Shown: piece by piece, positions 52,902 to 62,411 of the stretch
Layout: each line of letters starts with the position of its first letter
How positions within the stretch are numbered: position 1 is the stretch's first letter
Origin: a bacterium
GTDB taxonomy: Bacteria > SAR324 > NAC60-12
NCBI GenBank assembly: GCA_965205865.1
Contig: CBDBHR010000030.1
Span: 800,001-864,000 of the forward strand
Direction: 5' to 3'
Length of the DNA: 64,000 nt
Translations under genes and position numbers: made by a program
The notes under the pieces: model-generated
The model's input: the letters and a program-made list of their open reading frames with translations, nothing else
Told to the model about the DNA's origin: nothing
Database searches by the model: none

Positions 52902-53850
52902 ACCGCACCCTCGGGTCCAAGTAAGCATAAATCAGGTCGATCATGAGATTGATCCCCACCACCGCAGTGGCGAAGAGCAGGTTGATTCCGGAGACCACCG
53001 GGTAGTCTCTGATTTCGAGGGCATCCAGTAAGAGACGACCTGTCCCCGGCAGGTTGAATATGTTCTCCATGATAACGGAGCCGCCTACAAGGATAGGCAA
53101 CTGCAGGCCGATCAGGGTAACTACCGGGATGAGGGCATTTTTGAGGGCGTGCCGGATCACCACGATCCGCTCTTTGAGCCCCTTGGACCAGGCGGTCCGG
53201 ATATAGTCCTGCCTGAGCACCTCCAGCATCATGGTGCGCGTCATCCGCATGGTGGCGGCCGCTGAAGCCGTCCCCAGAATCAGGCTGGGAATGAGGAACA
53301 TCCCCAGATTGCCCAGCGGGTCTTCGGAGAAAGGAATCAGCTGCATCGGAGGCGACCAGCCCCACCAGATTACCGGATAGATCATGACCATAAGTGCCAG
53401 CCAGAAGTTCGGCGTTGCCAGGCCGATGATGGCGAAGGAGCGCCCCAGGTAGTCGGCGGCCGTATTCTGGCGAATCGCCGAGTAGATGCCCACCGGCAGT
53501 GCGATCAGGAATCCAATGACGAGGGCCAGGACGCCAAGCTCAATGGTTACCGGCAATCTGTCGAGTATCTTCTCCTCTACTGTAAAACCGCCAAGCAGTG
53601 ATTCGCCAAGGGTACCGCGCAGAACGATACCTCCCACCCAGCGTCCATACTGCACCCAGACAGGCACGTCTAATCCCAGCTTACGCTCAAGAGCTTCACG
53701 GTCGATGTGCCCACCCATCCACTGCAAATCTCCAACCATGATGTCGATGATATCGCCGGGGATGAAGCGGACCGAGAGAAAGACGAGGATGGTCAATATA
53801 AACAAGGTGGGGATTATCAGCAATAAGCGCCTGATGATGTAGGCTCTCAT
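52894..53850 (-). CDS. ABC permease DppB-like
   Basis: Full-length paralogue. Confidence 0.92.
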   Translation of the reverse strand: MRAYIIRRLLLIIPTLFILTILVFLSVRFIPGDIIDIMVGDLQWMGGHIDREALERKLGLDVPVWVQYGRWVGGIVLRGTLGESLLGGFTVEEKILDRLPVTIELGVLALVIGFLIALPVGIYSAIRQNTAADYLGRSFAIIGLATPNFWLALMVMIYPVIWWGWSPPMQLIPFSEDPLGNLGMFLIPSLILGTASAAATMRMTRTMMLEVLRQDYIRTAWSKGLKERIVVIRHALKNALIPVVTLIGLQLPILVGGSVIMENIFNLPGTGRLLLDALEIRDYPVVSGINLLFATAVVGINLMIDLIYAYLDPRVRYE

Positions 53851-53859
53851 CTGAAACCC

Positions 53860-55689
53860 CTAATGACCCATTGCTTCCTTCAGCTCACTATCAATCCAGA
53901 CACGGGCGAAGATGACAAGTCGGTGCTGGGCCCCAAAGTGGACTTCTCCGTTATAACCTTTGACCCACGGCTGGATCGCCATGTACTTTCCAGTTTTGGG
54001 ACCCCATACATAATATTGCTGCTCTATCAGGAGCATGTCTAACTCCTGCGCCAGCCTCTGCTGCTCTGCAATCGAGGTAGTGGTTTCAGCCTCTTCAATC
54101 ATGGCGTCTATCTCAGGGGTGTTCATATTGGCAAGGTCCCAAATTGATGTCGAGTGAGTGCGAAAGCGTAGAACCCCTAAACCACCATTAGGATGATTCC
54201 AGCCCTCAATTGTCATAATAATACCTTCCATAGCGCGCTCCGTTACCAGAGGGATAAACTGAGGTCGGTCCAAGTCCCTAATCTCTACATCAACGCCAAT
54301 TTCCTTCCAGTATTCGGCGACTATTTCAGTATAGCCCAAATCGAACTCACGGAAGTGGTTCAAGACCGTCTCGAAGCCATCGGGATAGCCAGCTTCCGCC
54401 AGAAGCTGCCTCGCCCCTTCCGGGTTATAGGCATAGCCTTTCTTGACCTCGGCGGGCCACTCGTCAAACGGGACGTAAAACCCCTTCAAGCCCTCCCCTA
54501 CGCTCCCCTGAGGTTTCCACATTGCAGTGCCCTTGTAGTGGGTATCGCTAATGGTCTTTAGGTCCAATGCCATCTGCATCGCCTTGCGCACCCTGATGTC
54601 GTCAAACGGCGGCTTGGTCGAGTCAAAGCTGTAAGTGGTTTCCGCACGATCCCACCACGGGAGCAGCTCGATTTCAGGGTTGGTGCTTCTGAGGCTCTCG
54701 ATAATGTCGACCACTAAAATATCAGAGGAATGAGCAGGGAAACCGAGGAAATCGATCCTACCGGCGCGAAGTCCCGCTATGCGTGTGGCTTCCTCTTTAA
54801 TAATCAGGCCCTGTAACTGGTCAAAGTAGGGCAGGCGGTTCTCCGGGTACTTTTCGTCGAAGCCCCAGTAGTCAGGATTCTTGGTATAGGTTATAGAGCT
54901 GCCCTCGACCCAGTCAGTCAGCTCATAGGGCCCGGTGCCGACCAGGTTCCTCCAATCCTTAACGTCGCCGTATTGCTTGATTACCTCGGGGGGCAATATA
55001 GATGCTTGATTATCAACCATGATCGAATGCAGTGCAGCGGGGCTAGGTTGCTTCAGCTTAAAAACAACCGTCCATTTGTCGGTGGCCTCTACCGATTCGA
55101 ATATTGTCATGCTGGCGAGCGGGCCAACATAGCCTCCAGGCGGTTCGGTGAAGCCGCTGCCCAGACCCAACACGCGGTGATAGTTGTATTCTACGTCCTT
55201 GGCAGTTAGCTCCCGACCGTTCATCGGTGGCTTATCATGCCAGTGAACGCCCTGGCGGATGTGGAAGGTATAGGTCAGCCCGTCCGGGGAAATATCCCAG
55301 CTTTCAGCCAGTTGCCCTACCGCGAGCTCTACCGGGATGTACTGGCTCGAGAAGGCATATTCGTCCCTATCCACTGCCCAATTGGGGATGAGTAGCTGCT
55401 CTGCAACGCCAGCGATGACCGTTCCTGCGCCGCCGTGCATAACTGGATCCGTGTGCGGCGGGGCGCCTACAGCGGCATAGGTGAACGTCCCGCCATACTG
55501 TGGCGCGGACACCACCTCGCCAGTGCTGGGATCCGTCACATACTTCTTCTCAGCAGCAGCCGCCGGGCTGACCCAGAGGGTCGCGCCCAGAATGAAAGCC
55601 AGCAGCACCGAGAGGAGTTTCATGGCAGACCTGGGGCCTGCCGGGTTCAGCCCCACGAAGGAGGCGACAAGTTTTTTTATAATACTCAT
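53860..55689 (-). CDS. ABC transporter substrate-binding protein, family 5
   Basis: Same motifs as paralogues; RBS GAGG before ATG 55689; an in-frame upstream extension is possible. Confidence 0.92.
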   Translation of the reverse strand: MSIIKKLVASFVGLNPAGPRSAMKLLSVLLAFILGATLWVSPAAAAEKKYVTDPSTGEVVSAPQYGGTFTYAAVGAPPHTDPVMHGGAGTVIAGVAEQLLIPNWAVDRDEYAFSSQYIPVELAVGQLAESWDISPDGLTYTFHIRQGVHWHDKPPMNGRELTAKDVEYNYHRVLGLGSGFTEPPGGYVGPLASMTIFESVEATDKWTVVFKLKQPSPAALHSIMVDNQASILPPEVIKQYGDVKDWRNLVGTGPYELTDWVEGSSITYTKNPDYWGFDEKYPENRLPYFDQLQGLIIKEEATRIAGLRAGRIDFLGFPAHSSDILVVDIIESLRSTNPEIELLPWWDRAETTYSFDSTKPPFDDIRVRKAMQMALDLKTISDTHYKGTAMWKPQGSVGEGLKGFYVPFDEWPAEVKKGYAYNPEGARQLLAEAGYPDGFETVLNHFREFDLGYTEIVAEYWKEIGVDVEIRDLDRPQFIPLVTERAMEGIIMTIEGWNHPNGGLGVLRFRTHSTSIWDLANMNTPEIDAMIEEAETTTSIAEQQRLAQELDMLLIEQQYYVWGPKTGKYMAIQPWVKGYNGEVHFGAQHRLVIFARVWIDSELKEAMGH

Positions 55690-55832
55690 AATAACCTCTT
55701 TTATTTGAGGGTTTTGAGAATGATTCACCCGCTGTGGGGCGAATCGGAGTTTCGCGGCGGGCACGGCGCCTGCCACGGGGAACTCTCTGCAGAGGGCGAA
55801 AAGTTTCTTCGCGAGCATCTTCATCCGGACTA

Positions 55833-56121
55833 TTTTTTTGACCAGAATGGGTCTTTTTTGAGGAAAATGAGCGTTTGGAAACCGAGCCCTTCTATTTATA
55901 TAACGTACCAAGAGCCAGAATCTGACAAAAAAAATCTGACAAAAAAAATCAAATTTTCTCAAAAATTCCCCGAAATCGCTTTCTTTTTTTGACCAGAATG
56001 GGTCTTTTTTGAGGAAAATGAGCGTTTGGAAACCGAGCCCTTCTATTTATATAACACACCAAGAGCCAGAATATCACCAAAAAAATCAAATTTTCTCAAA
56101 AATTTCCTGAAATTGCTTTCT
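55833..56121 (-). repeat. Tandem duplication (about 140-150 bp units) of the sigma-gene 3' end plus downstream ECF-type promoter
   Basis: GACCAGAATGGGTC...GAGCCAGAAT...AAATCAAATTTTCTCAAAAATT occurs twice. Confidence 0.85.
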
Positions 56122-56735
56122 GGCGCGGTACAACTGTTGGGCGATCCGGTGCTTTTCCGTTTGGCTCAGTTCCTCTCTAGGAAGCTCCAACTTCTCGGCG
56201 GCAAGGGCTTCAAGGGACAGCCCGTCCCAATAGCTGCGGCGCAGCAGCCGAGCGGTCTGGGGATGCTCGTCTTCCAGTTGTCTCAGGGCCCCTCCTACCC
56301 GGTCAATCTTCTCTTCCTGCAATTCCTCCGACTGGGCCTCCCACCAGGCCTGCATAGAGCGCAGGTCATCCACCTCTTCCGGGGCAGCGACTTCCGGCTG
56401 CCGTTTGGCACGTCTGATTTGGTCCAGCAGATGATTCTGAACGACTCTGTACAGCCAACCCTGGAAGGCTTTATCGGCCTCGCCTTGGAATTTCTCCAGC
56501 TTGCTCTCCCACAAATCCTTCCAGATTTCCTGAACCACCTCATCGGCCTGATGGAGGCTCCGATACTTGCCAATCAGCGATTGGGCAGTGTGGACGATAT
56601 ATGCCCTGTAGTGTTGGTACAACTCCTCAAAAGCGTCTTCCTTCCCTTCTCGTATAACCACTGTAACGCTTCTTCAAAAGCAATCCCACTCGGATTATTC
56701 CGAATTTTTCGATCTCTTTTTTTCTTTTTACTCAT
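56086..56735 (-). CDS. ECF-type sigma-70 factor, apparent frameshift near 56655
   Basis: AFEELY, ADEVVQE, FQGWLYRV..NHLLD..R region 2 and region 4 HTH; RBS GGAGG plus ATG at 56735 is out of frame with ORF 56086..56661. Confidence 0.8.
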
Positions 56736-56816
56736 ACTTTAAGCCTCCGTGCAACAAATACTATAGGGGATTTAGCCAGTATTAGCAAAAAAGATTTTTT
56801 GAGATTCTATGAAGTA

Positions 56817-56941
56817 TGCGAACGACCGAAATAACCGGGCCGCGTTAATGTTAAATTGAAAGATAAATTATGTGCTTGTAATCCACAACAATCGGAGCAA
56901 AATGCGCTGTGTTCAGGCTCCGGTTCAGTTTTTTGTTAGCT
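56817..56941 (+). other. Isolated attC-like site
   Basis: TGCGAAC..AATAACCGGGC ... GCTCCGGTTCAGTTTTTTGTTAGCT. Confidence 0.55.
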
Positions 56942-57121
56942 TTGTTTCAATTGCAATCACCTGAATTGATATATTTTTATGAAAAAGTTGCAATTCCATT
57001 CACTGATATCATAAATTGTAGTTGCTGAATATGAAAAAAACAAATATTCTAAGAACGAGGAATATCATTCCATCTTGTCTGAATTAGATGAATAGTACGC
57101 TGATTTAAAAGGAGATTATCA

Positions 57122-57340
57122 ATGATTGTTAATGTGGAAGAAATATTAGAAGCATCTCTCAACCTGCCGGCAATAGAAAGAGCAGATCTTATAAATCATC
57201 TGCTATCCAGCTTAGATGTACCCGATAAAAGCATAGATGGGGTCTGGCAGAAGGAAGTCGAAGAAAGAATTGAAGCATATCGCAAAGGGCATCTCACCTC
57301 TATTTCTCTCCAAGACGTTCTTTCAAAATACCAAAAATGA
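57122..57340 (+). CDS. Addiction-module antitoxin (TIGR02574-like)
   Basis: LNLPAIERADL..LLSSLD..WQKEVEERI; overlaps the toxin start. Confidence 0.88.
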   Translation: MIVNVEEILEASLNLPAIERADLINHLLSSLDVPDKSIDGVWQKEVEERIEAYRKGHLTSISLQDVLSKYQK

Positions 57341-57639
57341 AAGAGATTCGATTCTTAAAAGTTGCAGAGCAGGAATTTGATGAAACTGTTAAGTATTACA
57401 ACGCAGAATCACCAGGACTTGGCACTAAATTTATAGTTGAGGTCGTTAAATCTCTTGAACGTATTCAACAATTTCCTGAAGCTTGGCACCCCTTCACACA
57501 AAATGCTAGACGATGTCAAATCAGACGATTTCCTTATGGTATAATTTATCAAATACTTGAGAAGGAAATTCTGATTGTTGCAATTGCCAATTTACATAGA
57601 AAACCAGACTACTGGATAAAGAGGCTTAAAGAAAAATAG
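57337..57639 (+). CDS. RelE/ParE family toxin
   Basis: AEQEFDE..YY, GLG..F, RRFPYGIIY, IVAIANLHRKPDYW. Confidence 0.9.
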   Translation: MKEIRFLKVAEQEFDETVKYYNAESPGLGTKFIVEVVKSLERIQQFPEAWHPFTQNARRCQIRRFPYGIIYQILEKEILIVAIANLHRKPDYWIKRLKEK

Positions 57640-57803
57640 TTTTATGACACAGGGCGAAATCTTTCTAAATCATGGAACTCCTCCTTATCTCGCTATGAGA
57701 AAAAGAAAATATTTGACTTCTTGATCTCCCTATAAGATAAAGATCTTCATTGAATTTATAAGAATACAGAGTTGATGAATCACCGTATTAAAAAAAAGGA
57801 TTA

Positions 57804-57858
57804 AAATACGGGGACAGTTACCTTATTTCAGGAAAAATAGGTAACTGTCCCCGTATTT
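57804..57858. repeat. REP doublet with a perfect 20-bp inverted repeat
   Basis: AAATACGGGGACAGTTACCT...AGGTAACTGTCCCCGTATTT. Confidence 0.85.
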
Positions 57859-58150
57859 CCGCCCAACCCCGGCAGGTTGAAGATGTTCTCTATGATCACA
57901 GAGCCCCCAATCAGGATCGGCAACTGCAGGCCAATCAGGGTGATAACCGGGATGAGGGCATTTTTGATGGTATGTCTGATCACCACGACCCGCTCCCTGA
58001 GCCCCTTGGACCAGGCCGTTCGGATGTAATCCTGCCGCAGCACCTCCAGCATCATGGTGCGCGTCATGCGCATGGTGGTTGCCGAAGCAGCCGTCCCCAG
58101 AATCACGCTGGGGATGAGGAACACCGCGAGATTCCCCAGCGGGTCTTCTG
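57859..58150 (-). pseudogene. DppB-like internal fragment
   Basis: EDPLGNL...EAA motif...FNLPGLG, cut at the REP. Confidence 0.85.
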
Positions 58151-58165
58151 TTTATAATACTCTAG

Positions 58166-59143
58166 CTATGTGTCTGTTAACGCCAGGCTGTAGTACTCAG
58201 GTTTCGATCTTACTTCTTTAATGAAATCGGCCACTATCTTTTCGAAATCCGCATACAATGGCTTCCACCCCCATTCCTCACGAGCCCGGCTATCATCGAA
58301 GTTATTGAGACTGCGGTAATAATCCATGACCCATGGGTCCGGCTTATAGGTAAATTTAGCTTCCGGAATGAACTTCTTTATAGCCAGTTCTACCTCCCTG
58401 GCCGTTAGTGATGGGAAGACCCCTACTACGTTATAGCAGACGGTCTTTATTTGCTCCTTGGGTGCATCATACAGCATTTGTGTGGCCCGCATAGCATCTT
58501 CATAGTACAAGACAGGAAGTTTGGTGTCTTCGCTGACAGGACAGTCAGCCGGCCTGCCCAGGGCCGCACTTTGAATCATCCAGGCAATATATTGCAGTTT
58601 CTTACTGATCTTAACACTGGGACCAAAGATGTTGGGGTATCGTATGCAGCGAAAGTCAAGGTCAAATTTCTCGCGATAGTATCTGCCCAGAAGCTCACCA
58701 TATAGCTTGGCCACACCGTACACGGTAATAGGCCGTTGTAGTGTCTCATCGGTGATAGTTTCAGTAGGTATTCCCAGCCCATAGGTACCCATACTGCTGG
58801 TAAACACCACCCGCTTTACCCCGAAGAGTCGCGCCGCTTCCAGGACATGCATTATTCCGGCGACATTCGTTTCATAACAGGCCCAGGGGTTCGCCTCAGA
58901 TAGGAAGCTCGGTATCGCTCCAAGGTGAAATACGCCTTCTGCGCTATTTTCCTTGACAACATTCAACACTTCAGGCCAGACCTTTTGGTCTCCCTGGACA
59001 ACCTTTACATTATTCTTGATATCCGCCACACGCTCTATTTGCGGAGCGATGTCAAACAAGATGAGGTCTTCGCCCCTCTCTACCAGTCTATGTGCCAGGC
59101 CAGTACCAACCCAACCTGTTCCGCCGGTAATCAGTATAGACAT
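58166..59143 (-). CDS. NAD-dependent epimerase/dehydratase (extended SDR, threonine-3-dehydrogenase-like)
   Basis: TGGTGWVG, YGVAK, DFRCIRYP, AREEWGW. Confidence 0.88.
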   Translation of the reverse strand: MSILITGGTGWVGTGLAHRLVERGEDLILFDIAPQIERVADIKNNVKVVQGDQKVWPEVLNVVKENSAEGVFHLGAIPSFLSEANPWACYETNVAGIMHVLEAARLFGVKRVVFTSSMGTYGLGIPTETITDETLQRPITVYGVAKLYGELLGRYYREKFDLDFRCIRYPNIFGPSVKISKKLQYIAWMIQSAALGRPADCPVSEDTKLPVLYYEDAMRATQMLYDAPKEQIKTVCYNVVGVFPSLTAREVELAIKKFIPEAKFTYKPDPWVMDYYRSLNNFDDSRAREEWGWKPLYADFEKIVADFIKEVRSKPEYYSLALTDT

Positions 59144-59202
59144 CCTTCTCTGCCTCCTTAATTAATATTACCGGGATGAGATAACCCTGCTCACTCACCT
59201 CA

Positions 59203-59967
59203 TCAACCGCGCCAAGCTGCGATCTCATCGACCGCATTTCGCGCTTCACGCTCCAGAAACCATAAATCCATTCCGTAGCCTATCCAACGAATGCCACTCT
59301 CCAACAATGATTTGACCGTGCTTGCAGTGGGCGGTATAGCCCACTGACAGAACGCTATCCTTTTCCTCTGGCACATGGCACGGACGTGGTCTCTGGCTTC
59401 AGTTATCTGGGGATGGTCAAACTGGCCGGCTATACCCAGGAGGTGTGAGAGATCGGTATGGCCTACCCAGACCACGTCTATCCCGGGGATGAGAATCTCC
59501 TCCAAGTGCTCGAGTGCCTCTGGAGTCTCAATAATAAGGCCGAGCAACGTGTTGGCGTTAGCGTGAGCGCACGCTGCCGGTATATCAGGTGCCCCGTACA
59601 TGCCAAACGCACGCTTTCCTTCAGGGTGGAATTTGGCAAACTCTATCAACCGCCGGGCCTCCGCTGCGGTCCTGATACTTGGTAGGATCAGACATTGACA
59701 GCCGTTGTCCAGCAATCTCGTGATGAAATGTTGCTCCAAGGCCGGAAGGCGTACCATCGGTGTGACACCAGCCAGGTGAGCATAATGGACGCTCTCCACT
59801 AGCTCTTTCATATCAAAATTAGTATGCTCAGCGTCCATATCTAAGTAGTCCACACCAGCCTTTGCATAAGCCTCCACCACGTATGGTCCGCGGCTCTTCA
59901 TTAATGTTCCGATGATCACTTCACCTCTTTTCAACTTTGCTTTTAACTGATTCTCCCGCAAGGGCAT
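59203..59967 (-). CDS. HpcH/HpaI aldolase family protein
   Basis: DAEH, PMVR, LLDNG, IIETPEAL, VGHTDLS. Confidence 0.88.
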   Translation of the reverse strand: MPLRENQLKAKLKRGEVIIGTLMKSRGPYVVEAYAKAGVDYLDMDAEHTNFDMKELVESVHYAHLAGVTPMVRLPALEQHFITRLLDNGCQCLILPSIRTAAEARRLIEFAKFHPEGKRAFGMYGAPDIPAACAHANANTLLGLIIETPEALEHLEEILIPGIDVVWVGHTDLSHLLGIAGQFDHPQITEARDHVRAMCQRKRIAFCQWAIPPTASTVKSLLESGIRWIGYGMDLWFLEREARNAVDEIAAWRG

Positions 59968-59999
59968 GGTTTCCTCCTTTTTACTTCGGATAATTAAAG

Positions 60000-60377
60000 T
60001 GACCACCGGCTAAAGCCGGTGGCTTATTATTGTGAACGCCTCAAAGGCTATTTATTGGGTCCCCCCGAGGGGTCCGATTCAGTCTCCCCCAGGTGAAGGT
60101 GAGAAAACCCCGGAGGGGTGACAGGGCATAGCCCAGCCATTGATGGCTGGGATAGGCCACAAAACGTTTTTAGTCCCAGAGGGACGACACTTTTTCTTCA
60201 GTGCGCTTTCAGTGTCGTCCCTCCGGGACTGGATCCCCCATCACAATCGGTCCCCAGCCATCAATGGCTGGGCGATGACCTTTCGTCCCTCCGGGACTAA
60301 AATATGACTGCTGCGCACGGTCAAACCTATATGGGTCCCCCACCAAAGGTGGGGGTTTATTCCAATGAATTAATAAT
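60000..60377. mobile_element. IS200/IS605-type non-autonomous element (hairpin ends, no tnpA) containing a REP-like palindrome cluster at 60107..60300
   Basis: Hairpins CCACCGGCTAAAGCCGGTGG and CCCCCACCAAAGGTGGGGG; inner CCCAGCCATTGATGGCTGGG twice and GTCCCTCCGGGAC repeats. Confidence 0.6.
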
Positions 60378-60438
60378 TCCCCCGGAAATATGAACTTAAA
60401 TTCCCAAAGTCACAGGCCTGACCCCGATTCCCCGATTT

Positions 60439-61374
60439 CTAAGCGAAGGGGTTGATCAGTCTGGAGAGGAATCCTCGTTTGCGTTTCCCTGCGGTGCCGT
60501 AACTTCCCTGCCCGCCCCGCAGCCGGGGATCGAGCAGGTCCCTGAGGGCGTCACCAAACATGTTGAGACTGTAAACAGTAATCGTCAGAAAAAGACCCGG
60601 CCAGAGCGCCAGCCACGGCGCCTTTTCCATGTAGAGCCGTCCTTCCCGGCTGAGCAGGCCGCCCCAGCTGGGAATGTCGAGGGGAAGACCGAATCCCAGG
60701 AAGCTCAGAGAGGCCTCGGACAACACCACCCCACCGATGTTGATGGTGAAAATAATGATGACCGGCGCGGCAATATTGGGCAGCACATGGCGGATCAGGA
60801 TTTGGCTCGTGGGGGTGCCTACGGCTTTGGCTGCCAGAAAATAGTCATTCTCTTTGACCCCAATCACGGCACTGCGGACGATTCTGGAACTGCCGATGCC
60901 TCCGGTGACCCCCAGCACCACAATGATCTGGGGGAGACCCCGCCCCACGAGGGACATGATGGTCAACAACAGCAGCAGTCCCGGGAAAGCCATCCAGGCG
61001 TCGACAAATCTCTGCATCACCAGGTCGAATTTACCACCAAGGAATCCTGAAGTGCCGCCGATGAGGACGGCCACCACAACATTGAGAGAAGTTGCGGCCA
61101 GACCGACAACTATCGAAATGCGGGCGCCGTAGATGATCCGGCTCAAAAAATCCCGTCCCAGCTGATCGGTACCCAATAGGTATTGGGGTGATGAGACTCG
61201 TAACCTTTCCCTGATGTGTATCTCATCATACGGATAAGGAGTCAGAGCGTCGGCAAAGATACTGACAAGAACCAATAACAATATGATGATCCCGCAAATC
61301 GTACCCAGCGGCTTCTCCTTGAGAAGCCTGACAAAGAAATGAGCCGGTCGGCTCCGTCGCCTGGATTCACTCAT
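60439..61374 (-). CDS. ABC permease DppC-like
   Basis: Full-length paralogue. Confidence 0.92.
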   Translation of the reverse strand: MSESRRRSRPAHFFVRLLKEKPLGTICGIIILLLVLVSIFADALTPYPYDEIHIRERLRVSSPQYLLGTDQLGRDFLSRIIYGARISIVVGLAATSLNVVVAVLIGGTSGFLGGKFDLVMQRFVDAWMAFPGLLLLLTIMSLVGRGLPQIIVVLGVTGGIGSSRIVRSAVIGVKENDYFLAAKAVGTPTSQILIRHVLPNIAAPVIIIFTINIGGVVLSEASLSFLGFGLPLDIPSWGGLLSREGRLYMEKAPWLALWPGLFLTITVYSLNMFGDALRDLLDPRLRGGQGSYGTAGKRKRGFLSRLINPFA

Positions 61375-62326
61375 ACCGCACCCTGGGGTCTAAATAAGGA
61401 TAAATCAGGTCGGTCAGTAGATTGACCCCCACAACCATGGTAGCAAAAACCAGATTTACTCCGGAGACCATCGGGTAGTCTCTATCCTGGAGTGCATTCA
61501 GAAAGAGACGACCTATGCCCGGCAGGTTAAATATGTTCTCCATGATAACCGAACCGCCGACTAAAAGAGGTAACTGCATGCCTACCAGGGTCACTATCGG
61601 GATGAAGGCGTTCTTGACCGCGTGTCTTATAATGATTACCCGCTCCCTCAAGCCCTTGGACCAGGCGGTCCTGACGTAGTCCTGCCGGAGCACCTCCAGC
61701 ATCATGGTGCGCGTCATCCGCATTATGCTTGCAGAAAGGGCCGTCCCAAGAATCAGGCTGGGAATGATAAACACCCCGAGGTTCCCGAGCGGATTCTCGA
61801 AGAAGGGAACCACTTTCATCGGAGGTGACCAGCCCCACCAGAGTGCCGGGTAGATCAAGACCATCATTGCCAGCCAGAAGTTAGGCGTTGCCATGCCGAT
61901 GATGGCGATGGTGCGTCCCGCGTAGTCGGCAATCGTGTCCTGGCGCATCGCCGAGTAGACCCCGACGGGCAGCGCTATCACCAGCCCGATTACGATCGCC
62001 AGAATACCGAGCTCGATGGTTACCGGCAGCCTGAGTAAAATTCTCTCTTCAACGGTCCACATGCCGTCGAATATCGTTTCGCCGAGAGTACCTTCAAGAA
62101 AAATACCTTTCAACCAGCGTCCATACTGCACCCAAACCGGCACGTCCAATCCCAGCGCGCGCATGAGCTGATCGCGATCGATCTCGCTGTGGTAATCCGC
62201 CATGTTGGCCATCATCGCGTCTATCGTATCGCCCGGGATAAAACGAACGGAGAGAAAGACCAGGAGGCTTAAGATAAAGAGAGTGGGGATAATCAGCAGT
62301 ACCCGCCTGATGATATAGGCTCTCAT
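61367..62326 (-). CDS. ABC permease DppB-like
   Basis: Full-length paralogue. Confidence 0.92.
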   Translation of the reverse strand: MRAYIIRRVLLIIPTLFILSLLVFLSVRFIPGDTIDAMMANMADYHSEIDRDQLMRALGLDVPVWVQYGRWLKGIFLEGTLGETIFDGMWTVEERILLRLPVTIELGILAIVIGLVIALPVGVYSAMRQDTIADYAGRTIAIIGMATPNFWLAMMVLIYPALWWGWSPPMKVVPFFENPLGNLGVFIIPSLILGTALSASIMRMTRTMMLEVLRQDYVRTAWSKGLRERVIIIRHAVKNAFIPIVTLVGMQLPLLVGGSVIMENIFNLPGIGRLFLNALQDRDYPMVSGVNLVFATMVVGVNLLTDLIYPYLDPRVRYE

Positions 62327-62411
62327 GCGTTATACCTCATCGTTCCGCGGAAGGCTTTTTTACATGAATGTGGGGTGGCGGCACAAGCCTGCCATCCCAC
62401 ATGTAGAAACA

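Noticed and set aside
56026-56742. 238-aa plus-strand ORF
   Set aside because: Antisense to the ECF sigma gene, which has clear motifs
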